Assembly: GCA_028534125.1 (NCBI GenBank)
Contig: CM052816.1
Location: forward strand, 15,688,001-15,752,000
Length of the DNA: 64,000 nucleotides
Source of the DNA: Lama glama
Taxonomy: Eukaryota
Direction: 5' to 3'
Made by a program: the position numbers and the translations under genes. How positions within the stretch are numbered: the stretch's first letter is position 1; each line of letters begins with the position of its first letter. The notes beneath the pieces are model-generated. The model worked only from the letters and a program-made list of their open reading frames with translations, was not told where the DNA came from and did no database searches. Of the stretch, positions 23,946 to 36,907 are shown one piece after another.

Positions 23946-25189
23946 TGAGATGGGCGTCTCTGTGATCCCGGTGGAGAGGTAGGGTGGGGATAGAATTTTG
24001 CAATAGAATTGCTGCCTTTTTCTCTCCTTTAGAATTGTCTCATGCCAGGAAAAGAAATTTATGGTAAGAAGATTTTCAGTATGAGAGGGCAGAGAGTTTA
24101 AGCAAGGCATCATTTAAAAAGAGCAAACAAACAAGTGCTCGCTTAAGTGTTTGAAACTCTGAGTTCTGGTCCACACCCTATATAAGTCATTAAAAACGCG
24201 ATCAGGCCCCATTCTTTCCCGGGCTCGGCTTGTGGGGGGGTGCCAAACCTCTGTGACGTGAAGGCACGTTGGGAAGATGCGAAATTGTGTGTGTGTGAAC
24301 TCACTGAGAGTGTAGCAGTGTAGGAAAGGTGGTTCTTTTGCTCTCTCTCAGGATGAGACTGCGGGATGGTGGGAGGAGGAGAAACGACAGAGAAACGGGC
24401 AATGAAGGCAAGTGTCAGAGGGACTGAGGGAGAAGTGAGGCTGGGAAGTTTCCTGAGGAGGGTGTCCAAGGGCTGGCACAGAAACGCCCCAAGGAGGAGC
24501 AGCCCCAGGACGGGCCATCTACCCTTCAGGCCGGGCCTTGCCCTGGGTCACCACTGTCCCAGGGACCACACCCAGCCTAATGCACTGAGGCCCCAAGAAG
24601 CAGAGACCTTTCTCAGTTGTCCCTGGGTGCCTCAGGGTTCCACCCTCTGGAAGGCAGTTTTAGTGGCTTGTCTGGTCAAACTCACAGCCACCTTCTCTCA
24701 AATCTTAAGATAGGCTGCGTCCTGGGCTGTGGGAATGAGGCAGGGAGGCCGCTCTGATCCATCTGCTTACCTCCCGCCCAGCAACTGGGAGAATCGGCCC
24801 AGGATCTCTCGTATGAAACGGCTCCTCCCTGTCCACAGGAATGTGCAGCACCCCACCCTCAGCGGCCAGATACCGAGTGTCATAAACAGAGGCCATGGTA
24901 CCGAACACTCAGGCCAGTTAATCCCCCAGACGTCAGGGCTTGGCCTGTAGAGATGGGAGCGGGGCTGATAAAGCCAGATGAAGGGGAGCCGCGGAAGAGA
25001 GGGTGGTATGTACCCCTAGTAAGGCAGATCATGAAAGTCACCCTGGGTGAGGCTGCTTCTAGCCAGCTTAGAGTCTGGAGATAGAAGGGCTAGTCTTCAG
25101 AGCCCGTCCCCACTCAGTGTCCCAGGGGAAAGCAGGCACCTTGCAGGGGGATGGGACAGGATAGCACCCAAAAACTAAAAAGAAGCATC

Positions 25190-25745
25190 CTGGTATTCAC
25201 TGAGCCCATCCTGAGCCAGGGGTGACACAAAACAACAATTCTATAGGGTCCTGACTCTCAAAGAACTTAAACCTCACTGTTCAGTCCTGGAGGGTACTCT
25301 GCTGGTCGTTGTGCAGTTCCTGTGTTCTGGCTGACTACGACTTCAAGAAAAGCAACTAATGAGCAACAGGAGATGCTATAAACGGGCTTGGTCACATGTT
25401 ACAGGCTAGGCATGCTGTAGGAGTTCAGAAAAGGCAGAGATTCGTGTGGGCTGAAGTGATCAGAACAGGCTTCGCAGAGAACAGGGCCAGGACCCAGTGC
25501 TCAAAGGTTCAGACCTGTTATACAGGGAGGGAGGAGGATGGGAGCGTGTGAATGAGGATGGGAATATGCCAGGACAGCAATGAGGCCAGTCTGCTGGGTG
25601 CCCAGGATTGTGGGGGGATGCTGGGAGGAGAGGAGCAGTAGGAGGGCGAGGAGGCAGCTAGATTGTAGATGGCTTAGAATTCCAGGCAGAGGAGTTTAGT
25701 CTTAACTTTATAGCAAATACAGAGTAGAAAGTACCCTGACTGTGA
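25190..25745 (-). mobile_element. L2 fragment
   Basis: agattgtagatggcttagaattccaggcagaggagtttagtcttaact and upstream antisense L2 motifs. Confidence 0.55.
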
Positions 25746-27844
25746 GGAAGTGTAGGAAGCCATGCCTGGCTGATTATGCCCACGGAATTAATTCCTTTTG
25801 CCCTCAGTGAGGCCTCCCCACCCCCTGAGCCATAAGAGGCATCTTCTAAGAGCTGAGCTGTAGTGCCTGACACACGCTCTGTGGCTGGCACGTCTGAGGG
25901 GATGACCGCAAGGCCCTCCTTCTCCAGTAGCACCTCTGCATACCGCTGCATCTCCATTCTCCTCTGCACTCGTGTCTCCTGGAGGTTGGCAGGCTAGGGC
26001 TTGTCCACACTGGGGGCAGAGGGGAGGGCAGACAGACTGGGGGCTTGCTCGGGGCGAGGCTCTCTGAGCTGGGGCACAAACATGAATGGGACCCAGGCTC
26101 TGTCTTTGGGGCTTCCGGCCTGGTAGCACCAGATTCAGGACCACACGCAGAGCTTGACAGGTGCCTCCCTGTAGGCTTTCTGGAGCCTCCAGCGCAGAAC
26201 TGGGACCTCTCACAGCATCCTGGAAGCAGAGCGTCTGGAACCATAGACGGAGTTCTGGGACCTGCCTCTTCACTACTTACTTGTTCTTGAGGGACCTGGG
26301 ATAGAAGTAGAACTTAAGCCTGGCCCTCCACCTCAACTCTTTGTCCAGATTAGCACCCCTGGGTGATGGGAAGGGAGATGGCTGCGGAGGCATGGCTGGC
26401 ACTGGCCAGCATGATGGATGGGAGGGGAGCAGCTGCTGGAAAGGTCTCCCCTGAGGCTGTGCAGGGTGGGTAGGCTACAGTCTCCTGCCTTGAATCCCAG
26501 CCCTCAGTGTGGGAAGGATGGTGCAGGCCGCTTCCAGGAGAAGGGGCTGCTGGAGGAGCAGGATCGCAGGGTGCCGGGCCCCGGCCAGGATCAGCAGGCC
26601 TCTCAGGCTGGCACCTGTGCTCAGCAGCAGCTCGCTCTACCAGGCATCAGAGCGTGTACAGTGAGCCCAGCCTGAATCCTGCCGACTCTATTCTGGGCCC
26701 TCGATTCTAGATCAGTCACACCACAGGGAGCCCTTCTGGGCCCCACGGTGGGGAGCTGCTGCCACTGTTGATGCTTTTGCCAGCTTTTCGCAGCCACAGC
26801 TGCGGCCCAGGAGCTTCAGCTTGGTCTCCCTGCCTCTCCTGCCCCCCTCAGAGAAGCCTCTTCTCTGCACACCCAGGCTCCTTGTAGGAGGTAATCAAGT
26901 CAAGAGATGCGTAGATTTCAGCCATTTGGGAATGGAAGGTAGGAGGGAGATTCCCCAGGGAAAAAGAGCTGCCCAGCGAGCTCAGAAAAGTTTAGGGGTG
27001 GGGAAGGATTGGTAATGGTAGGAGGAAGGGACAGGGAGAGAAACTGGGTGAGGGGATTCTGGGCTGGAGCCAAATGATCGTGGAGATTGGTGTCAGCGTC
27101 AGGTGGAGTCCCTCATGTCCACACAGACAGTTCTCTCTCCAGAGTAGCACCATCCTTTCGAGGCCATCCTTTCCCCAGAGCTCAGTGGAGTTGGGGTGCT
27201 AAAGAGCCCCTGGAGGACTTGGACTTTTCTTGGAAAGCACATGATCTTCTTGTTCCTCCCGCTTGACGAGTGGGCATGGGAGTAGGGTGTCTGTCCCAGA
27301 AGGGATGCCCTGGGACCAGAACTTGTCTGCCTGTACACCCTTGTGTATCTAAGGGTTGGACTCTTATTTCAAGAGTGCCTCTTTATCCTGAGGACAGTCT
27401 CAAAGGGAGCAAAACAAGGTAGAGGGCAGACAGAATTCTGGCTTTTTGGTGATGCAGTGAGCATCCTGTGAATTAGAGAGAGAACTCCCCCCAAAGACCT
27501 GGGGCTGAATAACTTTGGGACAACTGTTTGGCTTGATCTGAGGCCAGGCCTCCGCCTCGAGTCAGGGGAGAGCTGGGCTGCTTCACCTGAGCGTTCCTGG
27601 CCCCCAGAACAGCTGAGTCCTTCCCAGTGTGGGTAGAGAACCTCTTGGGCTGTCATCACCAAACCCTTCTGCCTCCAGATGTTCAACAAGAGAAGGGAAA
27701 GCAGAGGCAGTCATCAGCTGAAACGCTGTGGATGTGACAATGTGTGGAGGGAATTTCTGTGGGATCTGATGGGCCTTCGGGTTTTGTTTTGTTTCTGGCT
27801 CTACCAAACTTCTTAGTTTCCAGAGTATTTTCACACATAGTCCT

Positions 27845-28362
27845 TCTATTGGTTACCTATTACTCCATTAAAAAAATGACCTCAAAACTTAGCGGCTTAA
27901 AACAACAAACATTTGTTCTCTCACAGTTCCTGTGTATTGAGAATCCAAGTGTGGATTCTCTTAGTTGAGTGCTTCTGGCTCAAGGTGTCTCATGAGATTG
28001 CAGCGCAGCTGTCATCCAGGACTGCAGTCATGGCGAGGTCCACCTGGGGCTGAAGGGTCTCCTCAGCTCATTCACATGTTGTTGGCAGGCTTCGGAAGCT
28101 CTGCTTCCCCTCACTCACAGGAACGTCTTCCCAGGGCTCCCTGACAATACTGCAGCTCACTGTCCCCACGACAAGCCACCCAAGAGAGAAGCCACAGTGT
28201 TATTACACCCTAAGCTCAGACACGGCATTCTGTCATTCACCACTGTCAATTTGTTAGATGCACGTCAGTTAAGTCCAGACCAGACCCAAGGGGAGAAGCT
28301 TACACACGGGCGTGAACACCAGGAGGTGGGGATTAGTGGGGGCCATCTTAGAGGCTGCCTCA
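27845..28362 (-). mobile_element. MaLR solo LTR (MLT1F/H-like)
   Basis: aaaacttagcggcttaaaacaacaaacatttgttctctcacagtt...ttctggctcaaggtgtctcatgagattgcag...gggggccatcttagaggctgcct. Confidence 0.85.
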
Positions 28363-28414
28363 TCGCTTATCTTAGCCTGACAACAACTCCGTGCTCTAGA
28401 CAAGGAGAAACAGT

Positions 28415-28530
28415 CTGCAGGTGAGGAGGAAAAGGAGCTCTAGAGAGGGGAGGGAACCTGCCCGGGATCACAGTTACCGAGTGGTAGATTAGAATCTGAA
28501 CCCCAGTGTCCATCTGACTTCAGATCTAGC
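28415..28530 (-). mobile_element. MIR fragment
   Basis: gcaggtgaggaggaaaaggagctctagagagggg...aacctgcccgggatcacag...gaaccccagtgtccatctgact. Confidence 0.6.
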
Positions 28531-28734
28531 AGTCTATCTCTGTTGCCTTCATGCCTATCGGACCCACTGCCCACGGTTGGGAGCAGGAGGAGACGTGAGC
28601 TGACTGAGCACTAGGGACTTGGATGTGGGCAGGTTTGCTGCTTCATTCTTTCTGGCTCCTTCCAGCTTCTCAGGGACATGGCTCATAATCCCTCCCTTCT
28701 ATAACAAGCACAACTTCTACTATACTCCTTTCCT

Positions 28735-28935
28735 TTTTAAAAAAATAAATTTTTAAGTGAGAAGTTTTAGATTTACAGAAAAATTGTGACAGTAGTCCAG
28801 AAAGTTTCCGTAAATCCCAACCTAGTTGTCCCTGTTATCAAGATCTTACATTAGTGTATGCATTTGTTTCAATTCATGATCCCATATTGACACATTATCA
28901 TTAACTCAAGTCTGTCCTTTATTCAAATTTCCTTA
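28735..28935 (-). mobile_element. L1MC-like 3' fragment
   Basis: ttttagatttacagaaaaattgtgacagtagtccagaaagtttccgt...atattgacacattatcattaactcaagtc. Confidence 0.75.
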
Positions 28936-28944
28936 TAACTCCTT

Positions 28945-29135
28945 TGTAATTGAGCTAGGCACTAGGCTATACATTATTTTAGTTAATTCTCAGACCAATC
29001 CTAGGAGGCTGGCACTATTAATATCTCTCTCTCTTTTTTTTAACTAAAGAGGAAAGTGAGGCACAAGGAGATTAAGTGACTTGGCAGGATCGCAGAGCCG
29101 TGCAGAAGCCAACTGAGCATTTGAACTGTGGTCTC
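28945..29135 (-). mobile_element. MIR
   Basis: agaggaaagtgaggcacaaggagattaagtgacttggcaggatcgcagag. Confidence 0.7.
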
Positions 29136-29769
29136 CCTCACCCCCATGCAGCGCCCTCAACTATTTATGCATCTCTTCCTCTTTCATCTTCCGACTTCTG
29201 CTGCTAGGGAGGGAATTATGCACGTAAACATGAACATCTGGCCCTGCTCCTTGCGCTTGAGTTTATGGGAAAGATAAGAGGATGCCAGGAGACTGACAGT
29301 GTTTCAGTGACTCCTCCTTTAGCCTCGGCTTTCTCATCTGTGGGATGATAGGATTAGATTAATGACCCTGGGTCACTTCTGCTGACTTTCTGCAACCCAG
29401 TCCATCCCAGAGTCCTTGTCCAGAGGATCTGGAGGCTGCTGGTGGGAAAACTGGGGAGGAGGTGTGTTCTGCTTCCCAGCACAGAGTGTCACTGGCATCT
29501 GGAGAATGAGCCTGCAGATACGTGTGACAGATCTGTCATTAGATAAAATCAGACCACTTGGCTGCCCATGAAGTGAACCCTAGGCTGTGGGCTCTGCATT
29601 TGAGCTTCTTGCCTTTAACTGATCCAGGAGCCTTCAGAAATAAGTCCTCTAGAGAAGCCACTCTGAGCGGTATTTTTTTCTGAAATATTAAAGAAACCCA
29701 CTCTTTGAGGAATATAAGCACTGCACAAAGAATTTATTCTTGTTAAGGGTGACTTGTCAGGATCTCAGA

Positions 29770-30005
29770 GGCAGTGTCTCCAAGGGAGGAAGAACATGGA
29801 TTTGAGAGTCGTCTAGACCTGGCTTGCCTCTTAAGAGCTGGTGACTTTGGACAAGTCTCGCAACCCCACTGTGTCTCCATTTCCATATCTGTAGTGTAAG
29901 GAGAACAGGAGGATAGCTACCTCATGGGGTTGTTCTTAGGATTAAATGTAGTAATTCATGTAAACATTAAACCCAAAATAAATACTCAACCAAATGGTAG
30001 TTAAT
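29770..30005 (+). mobile_element. MIR
   Basis: gtgactttggacaagtctcgcaaccccactgtgtctccatttccatatctgta...tacctcatggggttgttcttaggattaaatg. Confidence 0.75.
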
Positions 30006-31914
30006 TTTAGGCTGTGTTTGAATAATAGGCCAATTTTAATTCCAGCTCTAAAAATTATTCTTTCTTTGACTCTGAGGTCTGTTGCTCTGTGAGAGTTCCA
30101 AGTAGCCAGAAAGCACGAGTTGAGAAGCAGTTCAGGCCTGGAGACAGAGCCCTTTGCTCCCGCGTCCTGAGGTGGGGGTGGGGTGGAGGTGGGGGTGTAC
30201 CGAGCCTCTCCAACTGTTTCCTTCTCCACCAGCTGCAAAGGAGGCCGGTAGCTTTGGCAGGACAGTCCCAGCCCAGCGCTGAGTGTCCCTGCCAGCCTGC
30301 CTTGGTGCTGCCTGATACTCCCCAGATGGCCCTTGGGCTCTGGAGGGCCACCTCCCCTGTGAAATGAAGCGAGGAGGACTGTCCACAGGGTTCCTCCTGC
30401 AGGGCGCCTCCCAGCCCTGGCACCTGGCTCTGCGTTGGCCTCTTGAGCTCTCCAGAGAGAGGCTTGGGTGTTGTATACCGGCCTGGGGTCCTGGACGCCA
30501 GGCTCAGTGTGGGGAGTGAGAGCAGCCCCCCCTCCAGATGGTAGGACAGGGGGACCCGGGTGGAAGGCTAGGCCTGGCTGGGCCACACAGATGGGTCGAC
30601 TCCTCTAGCAGGAGGCTCCCATCTGTGCCTCTCAGGCCCCAGGCACTAGCAAAATAGAGACAGAGGAATCTCACTGTGAGTTCGCGCAGTGCTGGGAAAG
30701 GTGTTTAGACCAGGATTTTTTTTCTTTCTCTTTCTTTCTTGTTTTTTTGCCTTTTCACCAGAAGGCACGGCATCAGAGGGGCTGGACTTGATTTTGATTC
30801 CAAGTCCAGTGCTGCCTGGGGTTAGAATTGGCTGAGTGACTCCAAGAGATTCAAGAATGGGGAAGTGCAGGGACATTACTGTATTACTGAGGGTGGCCTG
30901 GACATTCATACCTATGTGGTGCACATGATAAATAGACATTTGCAACACACACATGAGGCGCTTGTGTATCAGCATTCGAGAAACCTCTTTTCCAGAGGCA
31001 GGTTGGCTGCCAGCCCGCAGAGGAGGCCCATAGCCCACATACAGACCAGGAAATGGGTTTTCCACATCCAGGGAACACTAACCATATCTGAGGACTCAGT
31101 CCGTGGGCCTGTGCCCCTCTGGATTTGGGAAGGAAGAGGCCTGGACCTGTGGCCTGGTAGCAGAGGCCCCCTAAGGTAGGAGATTCCAGTGACAGCCCAT
31201 TTAGAGAGCCGCTGTCCCCAGCCTTGGTGCTGAGTGCAATTGGTCCTGAGGTCTGGGCTTGGGATTAGACCATTTCTGAGGCTGGTGTGGAGGAGAAGAG
31301 GGGGATGGTAACAGCCAGGGAAGAGGAGGAGCCTGGATTTTTTTAATGTTTAATTTAGGCTCTGGCTGACAGAAAAAAGCTATTGATAAATTATTCTATT
31401 AAAAATACATAATTATGACCCTAGCTGAGTGTGTGATTACCTTGCTTCTGCCCCCGGCCCTTCAGAGAGCCCTGATCTCTGTGACCTCGCCCCTTGCTGT
31501 TTTGCGATCGAGGTGGCAGCTCATGACACTCAAGATTCGTATGCTGCCAACCAAACCCAGATCCCTCCTTTGCTGGCCCAGGGTCTTCTGCCCGTTCCCT
31601 GGCTCCCAGTGACCCCTTTGGTTTATGCCTTTTGGATACCCTGCTGCCTTCCCCAAAGCTGAGCCTGTCCCCAGTTTGCCAGGAATAGAGGTGCTACCCT
31701 TTGGGAGTAGTGGGGAGGGGAAGAGGATAAGGGGGAATGCTGAATCCTAGCGTTTTGCGGCAGTTTTCTTGGTGAGGAGGAGAAACCCGAGTGAGGAAGT
31801 GGAATGAAACTATTCGGGGTGGGAGGCATATATTTCTAAGCTGTAGGATCATTTCTCCTTATTGAAGCCTTTTTATCTGGATATCTAGGAATTGCCAGTG
31901 CCTCCTAATTTTCT

Positions 31915-33600
31915 TTTTCTTTTAAAAGTTACACAAGAAGTGCTTAGTATAGGAAAGTTAGAAAGTATAGATGATCAAAAAGAACAAAATAAAAACGAAC
32001 ACCCAAAATCTTACCCCTCAGCAACAAAACTAAACATTTTGGAGTAAACTTCTCCAGACCTTCCCGCTATATATAAAAAAATCATTTAAAAATGAGACCA
32101 TACTATTCCTATTGTTTCATAATTTGCACCCTTTTTTCATTTAAAATATATTACAGACATCTCTCTGTGTAATAGTTGTATTCTTATGCCATCATTTAAA
32201 AAGTCACATGATATTTCATTTTACAAATACAACTATAATTGATTTGATCAATTATTTATAATTAGAAATTTAGTGTTTCGAATGTTTTTTTTTAACTTTT
32301 TATTGAGTGTGTTTCCAATGTTTTTGTCATGCCAGCTGTGCTTCTAGATAAAGTTTTTCCCATAGTCTAGGTTCCTTAGAATGAATTCCTGGTGGAACTG
32401 TAGGGCCTAGAGATACATTTTAAGGCTTTTGATACCTATTGCTAAATTATGATTCAGAAAGATTATGCCAAAGTATCTTCACCGCCAGTATCTAAGTGCC
32501 CATTTCTGCACATCCTGACCAGCGTGCTTTTCCCATCGTTACAAATCTGATATGCAGAATGTTATTTCATTTTAATTTACTTTGGTTACTATTCAGGCTG
32601 AACACTTTAATGTGTTTATTAGCATTTTGTGTTTCATGGCTTTGTCCATTCTTCTATTGAGGCATTTATCTTTTTCCTATTGTTTTACAAGTTTCTTTTT
32701 ATATCAAGAGTATTAACCTTTATTTTTTTGATGCATGTTGCATATCACTTTTCCAGTTTATTATTTGCCTTTAGTTTTGAGACATTCTTTGACACAGAAG
32801 ATTTCCACTTTTTACTGTAGTAAACATATCAATATTTATTTTTGGACTGCCTTCTGATCTAAGCTTAGAAAGACTTTTCTACCCCCATGTTACATAAGCA
32901 TCCACATAAATGTTCTAGTGTTTTATGTAACATTAAATCTTTCAACCATTCACAACTTATTTTTGTGTATTATAAGTATGGTATTTTAAAATTTTAGTAA
33001 ACTTTTTATCCCAGCAGTGTTACTGGATAATATGAAATGTCACTTACATCCTATGTGTATTTATAGTATTACGTTTTTTTATAAGCACTCACACCCTTAC
33101 TGATGCTTTTGTTAAACATTGCAATTGTTTATCGCCTTTATAATATATTGTATTGATCAATCTATTCTGATCCTTGATCCACACTTTTTAAATTATTGTA
33201 GCTTTATAGTACATTTCAATATCTGATGGTCCAAGTTCCCTTTTTTGTGGCTTTTCTGTTTTTTTGTTTTTGTTTTGGCTGTTCTCATATATTTATTCTT
33301 CCAGATGAATGTGAGAATCAGTTTTGCTCTTGGGATTTTGATTGGAATGGTGGTAGATTTAGAGCTGAACTTGGGAAGTAATACGTTTTTCCATCAATTC
33401 ATGTCTTTTAGTTTGTTTCCTTTAGAAGAACTAGAGCATAGTTTTCTGTTGGGAGATCTGGTACATTTTTACTAACTTTATTCCTGTCATTTTGTTTTTA
33501 TTGACATTGTTAATGGAATGTTTTTTCGTTGCATTTTCTAATTATATAGTGTTCATATACATGAAAGCACTTGATTTTTATACATTGATTTTGTAACTGA
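31915..33600 (-). mobile_element. Decayed L1ME/MD-like element (3' UTR into ORF2)
   Basis: AT-rich antisense L1 motifs (tttaaattattgtagctttatagtacatttcaatatctgat; tgggattttgattggaatgg; cattgattttgtaactg). Confidence 0.75.
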
Positions 33601-35894
33601 AGGGAAACATGCTATCTTCCAGTTCTTGCTTTGGTGCCAAAGGCGTGTTTGACCTAATTTGAGGCTATTTAATTTCCTTCTGGATCGGGGCCATAGCTCC
33701 TCCCTGTCATCCCCTGTGGTTGTAGCGTGGAGTTTGGGGAAAGAATGGCAGGCACAGTCTGCTCCTTGTCAGCTGCCTCCTAAGGATGGACATGTCGTGG
33801 AACAGATGCCCACCTGGTTCTTTTCCTACTCCAACCCCAGCCATTTGGATGCTGGGGAACAGTGACTTAGCATCCAGTAAAAAAAAAAAAAATAGGTGTG
33901 TACACCAAAGCGGGGTCAGGCGGAGGGACCACAGGTGATGTAGAATGTTTAGATTAAATTTGGGGCCGCCCCTGGGAGCTCTCAGGAAACCATCTAAACA
34001 CCATATGCTTGGCATCTGGGGTGGCTGAAGGCATCAGAGGTGGGCCATACTGTGGCCCAAAGGCAGGGCTGCATCAGCTTCTATTCTTCCCACGTTAGAG
34101 AAACTGAGATCGGGCAAAACTCCAGGATGGTGGTGTTGCAGCCATGTGCTCCTAAGAAGGATGAAGATTCATCAGCTTTCAAAACTCCAGGGCCTAAAAG
34201 AAAAGTTGGTTATGGAGACTGGCTTCCTTGTTAAGTCTGAAGCAAACCCATTAGGAAAGATGCTGTGGATGATGCTGACTGAGGAGTCCCAGCAGGTTTT
34301 ACATACTCTACTTTGGTTGAACGAGCAGATGGGCACAGCTATTTCTCTCTGCTTTTTAGCACTTGGGGTTGCTTCCCAGCGATGCCCACCCTCCTACCTT
34401 CCCTATGCTCCTGGCCGCAACCGCCCCATCTCTTCCTTGCTCTCTGATCTTTCCTGCACGAGTTGAATGCTGGAGAAGATGGCCTCAGATGTACCCTAGA
34501 GAAGATCAGCCCAGCAGAGGGACACAGGGCTGGAAGAGTTAGAGAGAGACATGGAGGGACAGGGGACGCAGGGGGCCCATGGGCAGGGATAGGGAAGGGT
34601 GGAGTGGGGAACCAAGAACTCTGTGGTTGGTCTTATTCAGGGCAGAGCCCACATAAGCCTTGCTTGCATTTTCTGGTGCCTCACTCTGAGTGTCCTTCTT
34701 GTGAGGAAGGGACATAGCTCTAGTCCTGGTGGTCCTATGAAGACCACTTCCTTATTATGTAGACTTTTATCAACCAAGGCTTAAAGATCTGGCCGGGTGC
34801 CCAGACCTTATCCAAACTGGGTCATTTCCTCTACTCCCTTCCTTTCACCACTAGAGCCAAACGGAAATCCATGTCTTTTTACGAGTCTTCCAAAGAAGGA
34901 AACACCACAGCCTCAGTCGGTATTTTATTCCAGTGTTTTGGACCATCTTATTCCCCAAATGTTCTATTTTACAGCTGGCCCAGTATCGCACTGTCAAACC
35001 CTTATCCCGTGGCATGACTTAGATAATGTGGAGAACAGTCAGACACCCTTGTTTTTGGTACAGACCTTTAGGAACTTGAGAGATTAGTAAGTTTGCCTTT
35101 GAACTTTTGCCAGCACAACTAAGTAAAAAGCATACTTTTCAAGGGAGGGGTACAGTGCCTTGCACAAGGTAACATGATGTTGGTTGTTTTTAGTGTTATT
35201 GTTTATATTGCCATTCTTAGGTCAATATTAAAGTTCAAAAGTTAACTGGAGGTATAGAATTGTTCCACTAAGGAGAGAAAGGGCACATATGTCCCTCTCC
35301 CTTCCTGCTTGAGAGGTATACGTAGTAAGCCAAAGTCACCGTATGTCATTAAGGATGGGTGTAGAGGCTCACTACCCTCACTAAACTCTAAAATCTTCAA
35401 GGGCAAATTTTGTGTCTTATTCACCTCTGAACTCTCAATTGCCTAGCGTAGGATTCAATACATGTTTGTAAAGGGAGGGAGGAAGGCAGAAGTAAGCTAA
35501 TGTGGCATCTCAGTGTTGGAAGTGACACTAAGAGCCCTGTGTCGCTAGAAACTGCCCTTCTAGCGTCTCTGCCAACTAGTGCTCCTGCCTTTCCTGCTTC
35601 ACCTTAACTTCCATCGGTTAGTCTTTTTTTTTCCCTCCCGCCATCGGTTAGTCCTTTTGAAGACTGTTCTCATTCCTTACTTCCTTCTGCCAAATCTAGA
35701 ACTCAGTTCAGAAAAGCTGGATGAGCCTCTGTGTCAGAGGCTGAATTAGAATGGTCCTTACCCAGCACTGCCTCTGGGCCAGAGTCGACTCCCTGGGTCA
35801 GAAGACTGTGACAGGGCCTCTGAGCCTCTGCTCCCCCTTCTCCTCTCCCAGATCAGCTGAGCAGCACATACTAATCATTTGCCATTACCTTGGG

Positions 35895-36135
35895 GCTGAA
35901 GAGTACGATGGTCAAGGGTGCAGGCTCTGGAGCCAGAATGCCTGGGTTTACATCTTGGCTCTGTCAGCTAGTTATTTAACCTCTCTCTCTCTCTTTCAGT
36001 TTCCTCATTTGCAAAATAGGGTTAATACCCCACCCACCCACCTTGTAGAGGCTTAAATGAGTTAGTTCATAATAAAGCACTGACCACAGTGCTTTGTATG
36101 TAGTGATCAGTAAATAAATGTTGGTTATTATTATC
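35895..36135 (+). mobile_element. MIR (near full length)
   Basis: ggctctggagccagaatgcctgggttta...ttcagtttcctcatttgcaaaataggg...aaagcactgaccacagtgc...taaataaatgttggttattatt. Confidence 0.85.
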
Positions 36136-36209
36136 GCTACAAAAATTGTAGCTGTTCTTGCTCATGCTGTAGAGAGAATTTTGTATAAAATTCTGCCTTA
36201 TCCCTGCCC

Positions 36210-36690
36210 AATATCCTGTATGTATTTCTTGGTGTGTTTGTTACTTGCGAGACTGTGAGTACCCCTTGGGAAAGGGCCATTTCTCATTCATCTTTGTTGC
36301 CACGGTGCCTGGCATATATCAGGCACTGGAGAAATGTTTAACAAATGAAAAGCTCTGAGTTTGTATTTAGGCTCTGCCACCTACCAGCTGTGAGTCTTTT
36401 GGACAAATCATTTAACTCCTTGGAGCTTGAGTGTTTCCATGTGTAAGATGGGAATAAAAATATGTATGTGTCTGGATTTTGCAAAGATTAAGGGAGATGA
36501 AGTATGTGAAAGTTTCTGGGAAAAAAAGTCCCTGAAGGAAAAAAAGCCTTATTTGGATAAGGATAATAGAGCTTAAGCTCTCTGAGGGCCAGGATCAAGT
36601 CTTGAAACTTATTCCACTGCATAATCTCCGCAGGACCTTACATCCAGTAAGAGATTCTAAAGTAGTTGACTGGTTAGACCGATGAATGGG
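36210..36690 (+). mobile_element. L2 3' ends flanking a MIR (about 36355-36520)
   Basis: cacggtgcctggcatatatcaggcactggagaaatgttt; ggctctgccacctaccagctgtgagtcttttggacaaatcatttaac; taagctctctgagggccagg. Confidence 0.65.
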
Positions 36691-36907
36691 TGGATGGAGG
36701 GTGAAAGACCTAACTGAATTATTAACCATATATAATTGTATTCTCATCTTTCTCATAAATGACCCTGGTCTCTTTCCAAATGGCTTAAGGACCAGGTTTA
36801 CGCCCCAGAAGGCTGCACCCTTCCTGCTCCAGCCTGGGACAGCAGGCTGCCAAGTGGCTGAGCAATTTCGGGTGGTCAGCCACCCCAGAACCCTCTGCCC
36901 CAGCTTT

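Noticed and set aside
29942..30586. 214-aa minus-strand ORF
   Set aside because: Low-complexity P/G/A/R composition, ends inside a MIR, no recognisable homology.
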